DNA from: Candidatus Bipolaricaulota bacterium
GTDB lineage: Bacteria > Bipolaricaulota > Bipolaricaulia > UBA7950 > UBA9294
Reading direction: 5' to 3'
Assembly: GCA_030606565.1 (NCBI GenBank)
Contig: JAUWGE010000001.1
Span: 87,740 to 151,739, forward strand
DNA: 64,000 nt
Below the pieces are notes generated by a model that had not been told where the DNA came from, did not search any database, and saw only the letters and a list, made by a program, of their open reading frames with translations. Position 1 is the first letter of the stretch; every line of letters starts with the position of its first letter. Shown here piece by piece: positions 49,079 through 59,351 of this stretch. A program made the translations under genes and the position numbers.

Positions 49079-51151
49079 ATGGCGAAAAAGTCCGCAAAGA
49101 GGAAGAAGACACCGCAGAACTGGCGTTCTAAGATCCTGTTTGAACGCGTGATGGTCTACTTGATCGCCCTGTTCGTCTTCGTCTTGCCGCTTTTTATCTG
49201 GCCAGGGAGCACGGAGTACGGCTACGATAAGTCGATTTTCGCTCTCATCGGGATCTCGATCCTTCTTATTCTCTGGGGAGGCTCCACCTGGCTAAAAGGG
49301 GAGTGGCGAATCCGCCTTCCCTGGATAACCTTCCCCGCCCTCGGATTGATCCTTGTCTCCCTCCTCTCGCTCACCCATGCTATAAACGGCCGCGTGGTGA
49401 TCCAAAGCCTCACGCTCCTCGCGTTCTTCTTCCTGTTTTACCTGGTAGTAACAAACCTCGTAAAGGAGAAGCGTGACGTTGCCCTGATCCTCTATTGCCT
49501 TCTTCTATCGTCATTTTTGGCCTCGCTCTACGGCCTTTTGCAGTACCTAGGAGTGATGCTCGGGGCAAGCGGTGGGCATGGTCTTGGAGAGATGATATCC
49601 ACGATGGGGAACCGCAACTATTTGGGTGGATTCACCGCCTACCTCCTTTTCCCCTCTGTCATCCTGATCGTTCGGCTCCGTTCTCGGCTCCTACGTGCCC
49701 TTGCTATCGGGCTTATTTCCTTCAACTTTGGGACGGCAATGCTCGTCAACCAAATGGGAGTGGTTGTCGCACTGATCGTCGCCGCGGTTGCGTTTCTCAT
49801 TGGGTGGGCCATCTTCCGGCCGATTGATCCGATCCGCCAAAACCGCGGATGGCTTATCGCTTTTCTTTTCCTTCTTCTTTTCACCTTTCTCGTCGAGGCC
49901 CCGTCCGGGCCTCTCAATTCGGTCGTCGGACTTTCAGCGGATGGGAGTTCTTGGATCGCCCAGTTCTGGGCGCGAAACTCAGGTAAGGTTCGTTCGTGGG
50001 ACTGGTGGGTCGGCTGGGAGATGTTCAAGGATCACCCCGTCGTTGGGGTGGGGCTCGGTAACTACAAGCTTAACTTCATTCCGTACAAGGCGAAGTTCCT
50101 CGCGTCCCCTCAGGGGGCAGGCTACAACTTCCACATCGCCCGCGCGGCACAGGCGCATAACGAGTATGTGCAGGTGACGGCGGAGCTCGGCTCACTCGGG
50201 ATCCTCGCTCTCCTCGCCCTGCTGATCACAGCTCCCATCTGTTTTTGGATTAGGCTCCACCGTAACTTAAATGAAGGAGACCGCTTCGATCTGCTCCTTT
50301 TTTCCTGTGGAGTCGTTGCGTTCCTGGTGCACGCCCTGGTCAGCTTCCCCGCTCACCTTCCTGCCTCCTGCCTCGTTCTTGTCCTTGTGCTTGGCCTCGC
50401 CTCCTCGCGCACCTACGGCGAGGCAGCCGAGGTGCGCGTCAGCCTCAAGAAATGGCCGCTCAAAGTCTTCGTCACAGTGCTCATCGCTTTTTGCCTGCTT
50501 GTCTCCGTAATCGCTGCCCGCGACTTCTCCGCTGACCTTCTCCTTGGCCAGGGAATCAGGCAGCTTCAGATGGGACAGTTCCGGCTCGCCGAAGCGACCC
50601 TCGAACGAAGCGCCCGTCTCGACTTCTGTCCCCGCCAAGTCTACTATCACCTTGCCACGGCGAAGATTAAACAGGGCCGCTACGAAGAGGCAAGGGTTGA
50701 TCTGGAGCTGTGCCGCACCCGCTTCGTCGTGGAAAACCTCTATCTCAATCTGGCAAGCCTAGCCGCGAACCTGGGGGACTTGAAGACGGCACGGCAGGAC
50801 TTAGAGCTGCTACTGGCTACCCATCCCCATCCCACCCTTCAAATCCAGGCTGAGTACCTGGATAAGTACCTGGAAGCGATAATCACCATCCAAGAAGGGG
50901 ACTACAACCGCGCCACGGACATACTGGAAACGCTTATCCAGAAACACCCAACCTTCGAGCGGTCCTACATCGCCCTTGGCGATCTGTACCGGATGAGGGG
51001 AATGCCAGTCAACGCGCGCAAGAACTATGAAAAGGCCCTTGAATTGATCGATGAGAAGCTCACTAAGGCGAAACTGCGCAGTGAGATCGAGGTTCTCATA
51101 AAGGAGAAGGAGGCCGTGGAGGCCAGTCTCACCAAATTGCCTTCCTCTTGA
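49079..51151 (+). CDS. O-antigen ligase/Wzy_C family membrane protein with C-terminal TPRs
   Basis: STMGNRN, GVGLGNY, AHNEYVQ..AELG; TPR-like tail. Confidence 0.82.
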   Translation: MAKKSAKRKKTPQNWRSKILFERVMVYLIALFVFVLPLFIWPGSTEYGYDKSIFALIGISILLILWGGSTWLKGEWRIRLPWITFPALGLILVSLLSLTHAINGRVVIQSLTLLAFFFLFYLVVTNLVKEKRDVALILYCLLLSSFLASLYGLLQYLGVMLGASGGHGLGEMISTMGNRNYLGGFTAYLLFPSVILIVRLRSRLLRALAIGLISFNFGTAMLVNQMGVVVALIVAAVAFLIGWAIFRPIDPIRQNRGWLIAFLFLLLFTFLVEAPSGPLNSVVGLSADGSSWIAQFWARNSGKVRSWDWWVGWEMFKDHPVVGVGLGNYKLNFIPYKAKFLASPQGAGYNFHIARAAQAHNEYVQVTAELGSLGILALLALLITAPICFWIRLHRNLNEGDRFDLLLFSCGVVAFLVHALVSFPAHLPASCLVLVLVLGLASSRTYGEAAEVRVSLKKWPLKVFVTVLIAFCLLVSVIAARDFSADLLLGQGIRQLQMGQFRLAEATLERSARLDFCPRQVYYHLATAKIKQGRYEEARVDLELCRTRFVVENLYLNLASLAANLGDLKTARQDLELLLATHPHPTLQIQAEYLDKYLEAIITIQEGDYNRATDILETLIQKHPTFERSYIALGDLYRMRGMPVNARKNYEKALELIDEKLTKAKLRSEIEVLIKEKEAVEASLTKLPSS

Positions 51152-51203
51152 ACCTTCCTTGAAAGCGCTTCCCGCCCCTCCTATACTGAAAGTGTGATTT
51201 CTT

Positions 51204-53771
51204 ATGGCAATTGAAGTCATCAAACGAAGCCTCGACTACCTCTTGGGGCAGACAAACACCCAGCAGCTTAAGCGCTTCCGTTCTCACCTGCGGGCGATAA
51301 ACACATTATCAAAAGAGATGGAACGCCTTTCCGACGTGGCGCTCCAAGCCAAAACAGAGGAATTTCGAAGACGTCTTGAGGCAGGAGAGACAAAGGACAA
51401 AATTCGAAATGAGGCGTTTGCTGTGGTGCGCGAGGTCGCTGTGCGCACTGTACAGATGCGACCATTCGACGTACAGATCATAGGGGCAATTGCCCTCGAT
51501 GAACAGAAGATCGCGGAGATGCAAACCGGGGAGGGGAAAACCCTTGTTGCCACCCTCCCCGCCTACCTGAACGCACTGGTGGGGAAGGTGCACGTGGTAA
51601 CCGTGAATGATTACCTCGCCCGCCGCGACCGGGAGTGGATGGGCCCGATCTACGAGTTCCTCGGCCTGTCTGTCGGCCTCCTTCAGGAGGGGATGGAGAC
51701 CGAGGAGAGAAAATCCGCCTACGCTGCCAATATCACCTATGGAACGAACAACCAGTTCGGGTTCGACTACCTGCGTGATAACATGGTTCTCTCCACCGAC
51801 CAAAAAGTCCAGGGACCTCTCGACTACGCGATAGTTGACGAGATCGATAACATCTTGATCGACGAGGCACGCACCCCGCTCATCATCTCCGGTTCCACCG
51901 CCCAGTCAATCGACCGCTACCGCAAGTTCGCGTCGCTTGTCCGCCGATTCAAGAAGGATGCAGATTTCGAGATCGACGAGGAGACACGCCGGCTCACCCT
52001 CACCGACACAGGGATCCACAAGGGCGAGGAGGCTCTGTCTCTTGAGAACCTATTCGCCCCGGAGAACACCGACACCCTCCACCACCTTGAGACGGCACTA
52101 CGCGCGCTGCACTTATTTAAGAAAGAGCATGACTACATCGTTAAGGACGGCCGGGTGATGATCGTTGACGAGTTCACCGGGCGGCTGATGCCCGATCGCC
52201 GCTACTCCGACGGCCTCCATCAGGCGCTTGAGGCGAAAGAGGGAATGATGGTACAGCGCGAGTCGCAGACCCTCGCCCAGATCACACTACAGCACTACTT
52301 CCAGCTCTATAAGAGAATCTGCGGGATGACCGGCACCGCAAAGACCGAGGAGGAGGAGTTCAAGCAAATCTACGCCTTGCCAGTACTCGCCATCCTCACC
52401 AACCGACCGCTCATCCGCGAGGCGAAACCCGACGTGATCTTCCGCACCCGCAAGGCGAAGTTCGAGGCGATGGCCGAGGAAGTGGAAAGACTTCACAAGA
52501 TAGGAAGACCGGTCCTGATCGGGACCAACTCGATCGAGAAATCAGAGCGGCTCGCAGCCTTGTTCAAGGAGCGCGACCTTCCGCACCATGTGTTAAACGC
52601 CAAGTACCACGAGCAGGAGGCGGAGATCATCAAGGAAGCCGGCAAGCCTGGGGCGATTACCGTCGCCACCAACATGGCCGGCCGTGGGACTGACATCAAG
52701 CTCGGCGATGGAGTCGCCGAACTCGGCGGCCTGCATGTCATGGGCGGTCAGCGCCACGAATCCCGCCGGATCGACAACCAGCTCCTCGGCCGCTCGGGGC
52801 GTCAAGGGGATCCCGGCTCCTCCCAGTTTTACCTCTCACTCGAAGACGACCTCTTGCGTATCTTCGGTGGAGACCGGATCGCCTCCGTAATGGATCGATT
52901 GGGAATGGAGGAGGGGCAGGCGATCGAACACGACCTCCTCACCGGTGCTATTCGTCGCGCACAGAAGCGTGTAGAAGGGCGCAACTTCGAGATCCGAAAG
53001 CGTCTCCTTGAATATGACCTCGTCCTTGCTAAGCAGCGCGAGGCGATCTACTCCCTGCGCGATCGGTTCCTCTTACCGCCACGCGATGAAGCGGATTCCC
53101 TTCCCATGGATGGCCTCGATGACTATCTAGGCGAGCTGCTCGAAGAGTACGCTGAGGGGCTTATCGCCGACTACGCCAATGCCTCCCGACCCAAGGAAGA
53201 ATGGAACTTAAAGGGGTTGACCCACGAACTCTCAGCTGCCATTCCCGTCTCGCCACAGACCCTGGAGGGGAAGGGACCTGATGAGCTCCACAGCGAAGTG
53301 GTCGATTGCCTCCATCGCGCCCTCTCCCGGCAGAAGGAGCAGCTCGGCGCGCGCTTCCCCCTAATCGCACGGTATCTCATTCTCACTACCGTCGATGAGG
53401 CCTGGCTTTCCCACCTCTACACCCTCGATGACCTGAAGGAGGGGATCGGATGGACCGCCTACGGGGGAACTGACCCGCTCGTCGCCTTCAAGCGTGAGTC
53501 GTTCGCGCTCTTTCAGGAAATGCTCGCCCGCGCGGCGCAAAAGATCGTCCGCTCTCTCATCAATCCACGTCTCGCTGCTCCGGGAGGGGCACGGCAGCCA
53601 ACCCCTACTCAAGAGGTGAGCTACGTCCACGCACCTGCGGGATCGGTGAGTACAACAGCGACAAAACCGAAGCGAAACCCTGTCGTGGCTGTTAAAAAGC
53701 CCGGCCGTAACGATCCCTGTCCCTGTGGATCGGGGAAGAAGTACAAAAAGTGCTGCGGCCGGAATGCTTAG
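51204..53771 (+). CDS. secA: Preprotein translocase ATPase SecA
   Basis: MQTGEGKT, DEID, TNMAGRGTDI, SEC-C motif CPCGSGKKYKKCC. Confidence 0.98.
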   Translation: MAIEVIKRSLDYLLGQTNTQQLKRFRSHLRAINTLSKEMERLSDVALQAKTEEFRRRLEAGETKDKIRNEAFAVVREVAVRTVQMRPFDVQIIGAIALDEQKIAEMQTGEGKTLVATLPAYLNALVGKVHVVTVNDYLARRDREWMGPIYEFLGLSVGLLQEGMETEERKSAYAANITYGTNNQFGFDYLRDNMVLSTDQKVQGPLDYAIVDEIDNILIDEARTPLIISGSTAQSIDRYRKFASLVRRFKKDADFEIDEETRRLTLTDTGIHKGEEALSLENLFAPENTDTLHHLETALRALHLFKKEHDYIVKDGRVMIVDEFTGRLMPDRRYSDGLHQALEAKEGMMVQRESQTLAQITLQHYFQLYKRICGMTGTAKTEEEEFKQIYALPVLAILTNRPLIREAKPDVIFRTRKAKFEAMAEEVERLHKIGRPVLIGTNSIEKSERLAALFKERDLPHHVLNAKYHEQEAEIIKEAGKPGAITVATNMAGRGTDIKLGDGVAELGGLHVMGGQRHESRRIDNQLLGRSGRQGDPGSSQFYLSLEDDLLRIFGGDRIASVMDRLGMEEGQAIEHDLLTGAIRRAQKRVEGRNFEIRKRLLEYDLVLAKQREAIYSLRDRFLLPPRDEADSLPMDGLDDYLGELLEEYAEGLIADYANASRPKEEWNLKGLTHELSAAIPVSPQTLEGKGPDELHSEVVDCLHRALSRQKEQLGARFPLIARYLILTTVDEAWLSHLYTLDDLKEGIGWTAYGGTDPLVAFKRESFALFQEMLARAAQKIVRSLINPRLAAPGGARQPTPTQEVSYVHAPAGSVSTTATKPKRNPVVAVKKPGRNDPCPCGSGKKYKKCCGRNA

Positions 53772-53983
53772 GAGATCCGTTCCAACAGGAGCTCGTCGTC
53801 TGTGACGAAGAGCCTGATCAACTCGAAAACTTCCGTATCTTGCTTCTCCTGCCCTGACAGCTCGTAGGTGATCTCCCTCTTACGCATCATCACTAACCGG
53901 TTTCCCAGAGCGATCGCCTGCTCCATGTTGTAGGTAACCATGATCGTGGTGAGATTCCTTGGTTCCACAAACTCAAGCGTCAA
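53768..53983 (-). pseudogene. C-terminal remnant of an ABC ATPase (COG1101-like)
   Basis: LTTIMVTYNMEQAIALGNRLVMM (H-loop His replaced by Tyr); no Walker A or B. Confidence 0.6.
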
Positions 53984-54121
53984 GCGCCAGAGACGATTAA
54001 GGTTCCACTTTCCTTAAAGACCTTCGCCAGGGCGGGCGATCTGATCGAGGAGACAAACCCGCGTCTCTTGAGGGCCCACTTCAACACTCCCTCCTTTGTG
54101 CTGCTTCAGGTGACTTAGTCC

Positions 54122-54150
54122 TTGACAGCTTCAGACGATTCTGTTAGGAT
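54122..54150 (+). promoter_or_regulatory. Sigma70-type promoter of the leader-livGFHM operon
   Basis: TTGACA-N17-TAGGAT with TG extension. Confidence 0.75.
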
Positions 54151-54168
54151 GCGTCTATAGGAGGAAAG

Positions 54169-54249
54169 ATGCGACAGGCTTCTATCCTGGAGGTGCGAAC
54201 GGCTAGCGATACTTTTAATTGCTACTTTATGATTCATTGGGCTAACTAG
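54169..54249 (+). CDS. Putative attenuator leader peptide MRQASILEVRTASDTFNCYFMIHWAN
   Basis: AGGAGG RBS, ATG; stop codon inside an 11-bp hairpin; terminator follows. Confidence 0.7.
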   Translation: MRQASILEVRTASDTFNCYFMIHWAN

Positions 54250-54278
54250 TAGCGCCTGAGAGGCGCTACTAGACCCGC

Positions 54279-54313
54279 AAACCGAAAGCCGAAAGGCTTG
54301 CGGTTTTTTCTTT
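54279..54313 (+). terminator. Attenuator terminator upstream of livG
   Basis: aaaccg-a-aagcc GAAA ggctt-g-cggttt followed by a T tract. Confidence 0.75.
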
Positions 54314-54336
54314 GCCTGCAACGTGAGGAGGAAAGA

Positions 54337-55110
54337 GTGCTTGTTGTCGAAGACCTTGCCAAGCAGTTTGGTGGGCTACACGCTGTGGACAGTTGTTCGT
54401 TCACGGTAAAGCGAGGTACGATCACCGGGCTGATCGGGCCGAATGGAGCAGGCAAGACTACAGTGTTCAATCTCCTCACCGGTTTTCTCAAACCCGATAG
54501 CGGCGAGGTTCACCGTGCGGAGGAGAACATCACAGGCCTACCACCCCATCGCGTCTTCCGCCAGGGAATTTGTAGAACCTTCCAGATTCCGCGTGAATTG
54601 AAGGAGATGACGGTTGTGGAAAACCTGATGCTCGTACCCTCCGGACAGCTCGGCGAAAGGATGTGGAACCCATTCTTTCGGCCACGGAGGGTGCGTCAGC
54701 AGGAGCGTACGATCTGTGATAAGGCGTTTGAAGTCCTGGACTTCTTGCAGCTTTCCCATCTAAAAGACGAGTATGCGGGGAGCCTCTCCGGCGGCCAGAA
54801 GAAGCTCCTGGAACTGGCTCGAACCATGATGGTCGACCCCAGAGTGGTCCTGCTCGATGAACCCGGTGCGGGAGTAAACCGCACCCTTTTAAAACGCCTA
54901 GCCAGTTCCATTGAACGGTTGTGCAGAGAGACGGGGACAACCTTCCTCATTGTCGAACACGATATGGACTTTATCATGAGACTCTGCACCCCGGTGATCG
55001 TGATGAGCGAAGGGCGCAAATTGATGGAGGGAACTCCCGCAGAGGTCCAGCAAGACCAACAGGTACTCGACGCCTACCTCGGGGGACAGTATGTCGCTAT
55101 TGACGGGTGA
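54337..55110 (+). CDS. livG: HAAT/branched-chain amino acid ABC ATP-binding protein
   Basis: GPNGAGKTT, RTFQ, LSGGQ, EHDM. Confidence 0.9.
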   Translation: MLVVEDLAKQFGGLHAVDSCSFTVKRGTITGLIGPNGAGKTTVFNLLTGFLKPDSGEVHRAEENITGLPPHRVFRQGICRTFQIPRELKEMTVVENLMLVPSGQLGERMWNPFFRPRRVRQQERTICDKAFEVLDFLQLSHLKDEYAGSLSGGQKKLLELARTMMVDPRVVLLDEPGAGVNRTLLKRLASSIERLCRETGTTFLIVEHDMDFIMRLCTPVIVMSEGRKLMEGTPAEVQQDQQVLDAYLGGQYVAIDG

Positions 55111-55795
55111 GGGGATCCATAGTGGTTACGGAGATATGGAGGTCCTTCACGACGTCTCCTTCCGCATAGAGGAGAAAGAGATCATCTCGATCATTGGTCC
55201 AAACGGGGCCGGAAAGTCGACCCTGTTGAAAACAATCTTCGGGTTGCTCAAACCCACAAAGGGAAGTGTCACCTTTAAGGAAAACAGTATCACTGGGCTG
55301 GCGCCTGATCGAATCGTCCGCTTGGGTATGGCCTATGTTCCCCAAGTGGAGAACGTCTTCCCCTCACTCACCGCCCAGGAGAATCTGGAGATGGGCGCCT
55401 TTATCCGCAAAGATGATTTCAGCGACCGATTGGAAGAGGTCTATGAACTCTTCCCCCTCCTCAAGGAGCGGCGGCGGCAGCGGGTAGGGAAGATGAGTGG
55501 GGGCGAACGGCAGATGGTAGCGATGGGCCGAGCACTGATGCTCGACCCGGAGTTGCTCATGTTAGACGAACCCTCCGCTGCTTTGGCGCCGAAGTTGGCG
55601 GAGATGATCTTTGAAAGAATCACCGCGATCAACGAGACCGGCGTTTCGATCCTCATTGTGGAACAGAACGCCAAGGAATCCTTGAAGCTGGCTGACCGGG
55701 GGTACGTTCTGGCCAGTGGACAGAACCGCTTCGAAGATACAGGTGAGAACCTGTTGGCCAACGAGGAGATCGGGCAGCTCTACCTGGGCGGGTAG
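55091..55795 (+). CDS. livF: HAAT ABC ATP-binding protein
   Basis: GPNGAGKST, MSGGERQM, VEQNA, YLGG. Confidence 0.9.
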   Translation: MSLLTGEGIHSGYGDMEVLHDVSFRIEEKEIISIIGPNGAGKSTLLKTIFGLLKPTKGSVTFKENSITGLAPDRIVRLGMAYVPQVENVFPSLTAQENLEMGAFIRKDDFSDRLEEVYELFPLLKERRRQRVGKMSGGERQMVAMGRALMLDPELLMLDEPSAALAPKLAEMIFERITAINETGVSILIVEQNAKESLKLADRGYVLASGQNRFEDTGENLLANEEIGQLYLGG

Positions 55796-55804
55796 AGGAA
55801 ACAA

Positions 55805-56728
55805 ATGCAGATACTATCAAGAATTCCACAGTTGCTTATATACGGTGTCATCTCAGGGAGTATCCTTTCCCTGGGAGGGATTGGCGTCTCCCTCACCTAC
55901 AGCATCCTGGGTTTCGCCAACTTCGCTCATGGTGATTTCATGGCCCTTGGCGCATACATCGCCCTTGGACTATTTACTCTAACCGCTGGACTGGGAATTC
56001 CCAGTACTCCTCTTGGTCCACTCTCCTTCGGATTCGGTTTCATCCTCTCCTTTATTCTAGCTATGGGGCTGACTGCCTTGACGGTAGTCCTGATCGACCG
56101 GTTCCTCTTTAAACGGTTGCGGCACACTAGCTCGATCATTCTGATGATGTCTTCAATTGGAGTCGCATTGGGCCTACGGAACGTCCTTCAATTCTTCTGG
56201 GGGCCGCAGCCGCACTACTACATAGAGAAGATACAACTGGCTATCGTGATCCCTGGGGTAGGCGTTAGGATCAAGCCCGACCAGGTGTTTATCATTATCG
56301 CCGCTATAGTATCGGTCGGATTGGTCCACTACTTTTTGCAACATACCAAGATGGGTAAGGCGATGCGTGCTACTGCGGATAATATGGCGCTTGCCCGAGT
56401 AACGGGTATCAATACGGAACGGGTGATCCTTTGGACATGGGTGATTGGCGCTGCCTTAGCAGCAACGGCAGGGATCCTCGCCGGGATTGAGAACAAGTTC
56501 ATCACCCCGGAGTTAGGGTGGCAGATGCTCCTGTCTATCTTTGCCTCCGTCGTCCTGGGTGGACTTGGCAACCCTTACGGGGCGATCCTTGGAGGGATGA
56601 TCATCGGCCTTTCCGAAGAGGTCTCAACCGCGTTCATATCCACCGGGTATAAACCGGCTGTGGCCTTCATCATCATGATCATCATGTTGCTGATCAAGCC
56701 AACCGGACTGCTAGGGAAGAGGCGATAA
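55805..56728 (+). CDS. livH: HAAT ABC permease
   Basis: NFAHG, GKAMRA, KPTGLLG. Confidence 0.9.
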   Translation: MQILSRIPQLLIYGVISGSILSLGGIGVSLTYSILGFANFAHGDFMALGAYIALGLFTLTAGLGIPSTPLGPLSFGFGFILSFILAMGLTALTVVLIDRFLFKRLRHTSSIILMMSSIGVALGLRNVLQFFWGPQPHYYIEKIQLAIVIPGVGVRIKPDQVFIIIAAIVSVGLVHYFLQHTKMGKAMRATADNMALARVTGINTERVILWTWVIGAALAATAGILAGIENKFITPELGWQMLLSIFASVVLGGLGNPYGAILGGMIIGLSEEVSTAFISTGYKPAVAFIIMIIMLLIKPTGLLGKRR

Positions 56729-57759
56729 TGGACACGATTGTCGGAATAATAAACTACATCGTCTTCTTCGCTATCACTGCTGGCACCTACGGAATCCTTT
56801 CCCTGGGCTTAAACATCCAGTGGGGGTATACCGGCCTATTCAACATCGGGATCGCTGGATTCTACGCGGTGGGCGCATATACAGCGGCCCTGGTCTCTGG
56901 CCCGCCGCCTGGCGCATGGGATGGTCGCATCTTCGGGGGGTTTGAGCTCCCCTTCCTCGTTGGGCTGCTGGCGGCGGCCGTCGTCTGTGGGATCGTCGCC
57001 CTATTAGTCGGCATTCCCACTCTGCGCCTCAGAGCGGATTACCTCGCGATCGCCACCATCGGGATAGCTGAGACGATCCGACTGGTGCTAAAGAACGAGT
57101 CCTGGCTCACCAATGGTGTGTGGGGCCTGCAGCAGATCCCTTCCCCATTGTATGATCCAATCCGCGCAGGGGTCACGAGATTCCTGGGTGGGCACCCTGA
57201 CCTGCCGCCATGGTTACACGATCTGATCTTTAAGTCGTATAACTGGTTTTATCTCCTTTTAGTTCTGGGCATCCTCTTTATCCTCTATCTCATCATGCAG
57301 CGTCTCGTGCGCTCCCCCTGGGGACGCGCGGTAAAGGCCATCCGCGAAGATGAGGATGCCGCTGCGATGTCAGGTAAGAACACCTTCTCCTTCAAGATAC
57401 AGGCCCTCGTGCTAGGCGCGATGATCATGGGGATCGGCGGGAGCCTCTACGCCCACTACGCCAGGTTTATCTCTCCCGCCTCGTTCAAACCCCTCTACGG
57501 GACCTTTCTTGTCTGGGTGATGTTGGTCCTGGGAGGAAGCGGGAACAACAAAGGCGCCATCCTCGGTAGCTTTGTCGTATGGGGGATCTGGGCGGGGACC
57601 GACTTTTTGACCGGCTACTTCCCCTTTACCGCCACACAGGCAGCTTCTCTTCGAATTATCATTATTGCAGTATTGCTGGAAGTCATTCTACTATGGCGCC
57701 CGCAGGGGCTGTTACAGCGAGAAAAGCGCCCCCCAACGATCCTCAAGAAAAAGGCGTGA
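56728..57759 (+). CDS. livM: HAAT ABC permease
   Basis: GYTGLFN, LRADYLAIAT, AIREDE. Confidence 0.9.
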   Translation: MDTIVGIINYIVFFAITAGTYGILSLGLNIQWGYTGLFNIGIAGFYAVGAYTAALVSGPPPGAWDGRIFGGFELPFLVGLLAAAVVCGIVALLVGIPTLRLRADYLAIATIGIAETIRLVLKNESWLTNGVWGLQQIPSPLYDPIRAGVTRFLGGHPDLPPWLHDLIFKSYNWFYLLLVLGILFILYLIMQRLVRSPWGRAVKAIREDEDAAAMSGKNTFSFKIQALVLGAMIMGIGGSLYAHYARFISPASFKPLYGTFLVWVMLVLGGSGNNKGAILGSFVVWGIWAGTDFLTGYFPFTATQAASLRIIIIAVLLEVILLWRPQGLLQREKRPPTILKKKA

Positions 57760-57762
57760 AAA

Positions 57763-57793
57763 ACGGGGGGCGGCCCGATAAGGTCACCCCCCG
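57763..57793. terminator. Probable terminator hairpin between convergent livM and the binding-protein gene
   Basis: cggggggcggcc...ggtcacccccg. Confidence 0.55.
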
Positions 57794-57854
57794 GGAACAG
57801 GAGAGACGAAGGTATCTCCCTCCTGCAATCTGTCTTACCCTTGGTCTTCTCTAG

Positions 57855-59066
57855 TTATCCAGAAGTCTCCATGAGATCAATGACCTTACACCCTTCGATT
57901 TTCCAGATCAGGATTTTTCCCAGAACATCCCCGGTGTCTGTAAAATCTACTACTCCAGAGACGCCCTGGTAGTTGATCTCTTTTCCTTGTTTTAGGAGTG
58001 AAACCGCCTTGTCCCACTCACCGTAGAAGACCTCCACTCCGGGAGAATTGGCAACAGCACGCAGGTTGTCGCGAATCGCTGGACCTGTAGCCTCCCCTGC
58101 TCTGACCATGGCGAGAGCGATCAGCATGACCGCATCGTACGCCTGGAAGTTGTAAGGGACAGCGCTAGGACCAAACGCGGCGTTGAAATCAGCGGAGAAC
58201 TCATCCGCTCTAAACCCAGCGGCCGCTACTGTGCCGTATGCCCCCTCAATGGGGCCGGTGCCTTCCGCCTCGTTGCATCCCGGGCCGGATGCAACTGCTT
58301 CTCCCTTCATCCCGTCGGAGAAGAAGAAATCACCCTGGTAGCCGGCCTCAACCGCTTCCACAATCTGTTTGTTCCCATCCACCGGGTAACTGATCATGAC
58401 GATCGCATCGGGATCCCCGGCTATGAGCTTGTCCACCTCACCCCGGTAAGAGGGCTTGTTTTCCTCGTAGGGGACCATCGCCAATACCTGGCCACCGTAC
58501 TCCTCAAACGTGTCTTTAAGGGTGTCTGCTAGGCCTTTGCCATAATCGTTGTTCACGTATATGACGGAAATCGTCTTGTAGTTAAGAAGCAGGACCATCC
58601 GGGCCATAACCACGCCTTGTATGTCATCGGGGACAACCGTCCTGAATACGTAGTCGTTGTCGTCCAAGGCAGAGACCGAAGCGGCTGATGAGGCGGGTGA
58701 AATCAAGACCACCTCAGCGGGGATGGTCACGCTGGAACACGCTACGGTAACGCCACTGGAGAGGGCTCCCATGATTGCCGGGACCTTATCGAGTTCCACC
58801 AGTTTACTGGCGGCATCGCGCCCGACATCGGGGGAGGTCGCTGTATCCCGTACTACTAACCCCAGTTGCGTGCCTAATACTCCGCCCGCGGCGTTGATCT
58901 GATCAACGGCCAACTGAGCGCCGTCCACAATCGGAGGACCAAACGGGCCTAGACCTCCGGTCAGCGCCATCAGGGCACCGATCTTAATCGTCTCCGCCGC
59001 AGTGGCGGTGATCGCCAATCCCAAAACTAGCCCAACTACCAACAGACAAACTGAAACTCGTCGCAT
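57855..59066 (-). CDS. HAAT-family (LivK-like) substrate-binding protein
   Basis: Signal peptide, INAAGGVLG, GALSSG, NNDYG, AYDA. Confidence 0.9.
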   Translation of the reverse strand: MRRVSVCLLVVGLVLGLAITATAAETIKIGALMALTGGLGPFGPPIVDGAQLAVDQINAAGGVLGTQLGLVVRDTATSPDVGRDAASKLVELDKVPAIMGALSSGVTVACSSVTIPAEVVLISPASSAASVSALDDNDYVFRTVVPDDIQGVVMARMVLLLNYKTISVIYVNNDYGKGLADTLKDTFEEYGGQVLAMVPYEENKPSYRGEVDKLIAGDPDAIVMISYPVDGNKQIVEAVEAGYQGDFFFSDGMKGEAVASGPGCNEAEGTGPIEGAYGTVAAAGFRADEFSADFNAAFGPSAVPYNFQAYDAVMLIALAMVRAGEATGPAIRDNLRAVANSPGVEVFYGEWDKAVSLLKQGKEINYQGVSGVVDFTDTGDVLGKILIWKIEGCKVIDLMETSG

Positions 59067-59164
59067 GTTAACCTCCCTGAATATTTATGTGCCTACCTAT
59101 ACAGTCTCTAGCAGTCTCTTCGGAACGCTCACCTCCTTTCTCGACCTAGCGGATAAGGCCACCC

Positions 59165-59196
59165 AAAAATAAAGACCACAGGCATTGCCTGTAGTC
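59165..59196 (-). terminator. Attenuator terminator upstream of the LivK-like gene
   Basis: gactacaggc-aat-gcctgtggtc-tttattttt on the minus strand. Confidence 0.75.
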
Positions 59197-59230
59197 GTCT
59201 TCCTGCCTTATCTTGAGCTTTACCTATTGT

Positions 59231-59341
59231 TTAGGTTAGCTCAAACAAGGCAGGCATCCACAGAATAAAATAATGAACGACGTAAAGGGAACCGGTAACT
59301 ACGCCTTCAGTCTCTCTTCGATACCCTTTTGCCGTGTTCAT
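59231..59341 (-). CDS. Putative attenuator leader peptide MNTAKGYRRETEGVVTGSLYVVHYFILWMPALFELT
   Basis: ATG 10 nt after the -10 box; stop codon inside long hairpin 59202-59254; terminator follows. Confidence 0.65.
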   Translation of the reverse strand: MNTAKGYRRETEGVVTGSLYVVHYFILWMPALFELT

Positions 59342-59351
59342 AGTTATCCCC

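Noticed and set aside
59150-59340. T-box riboswitch upstream of the LivK-like gene
   Set aside because: An AGAGA-like stretch exists, but there is no GGTGGNACC T-box before the terminator; the uORF model fits better.
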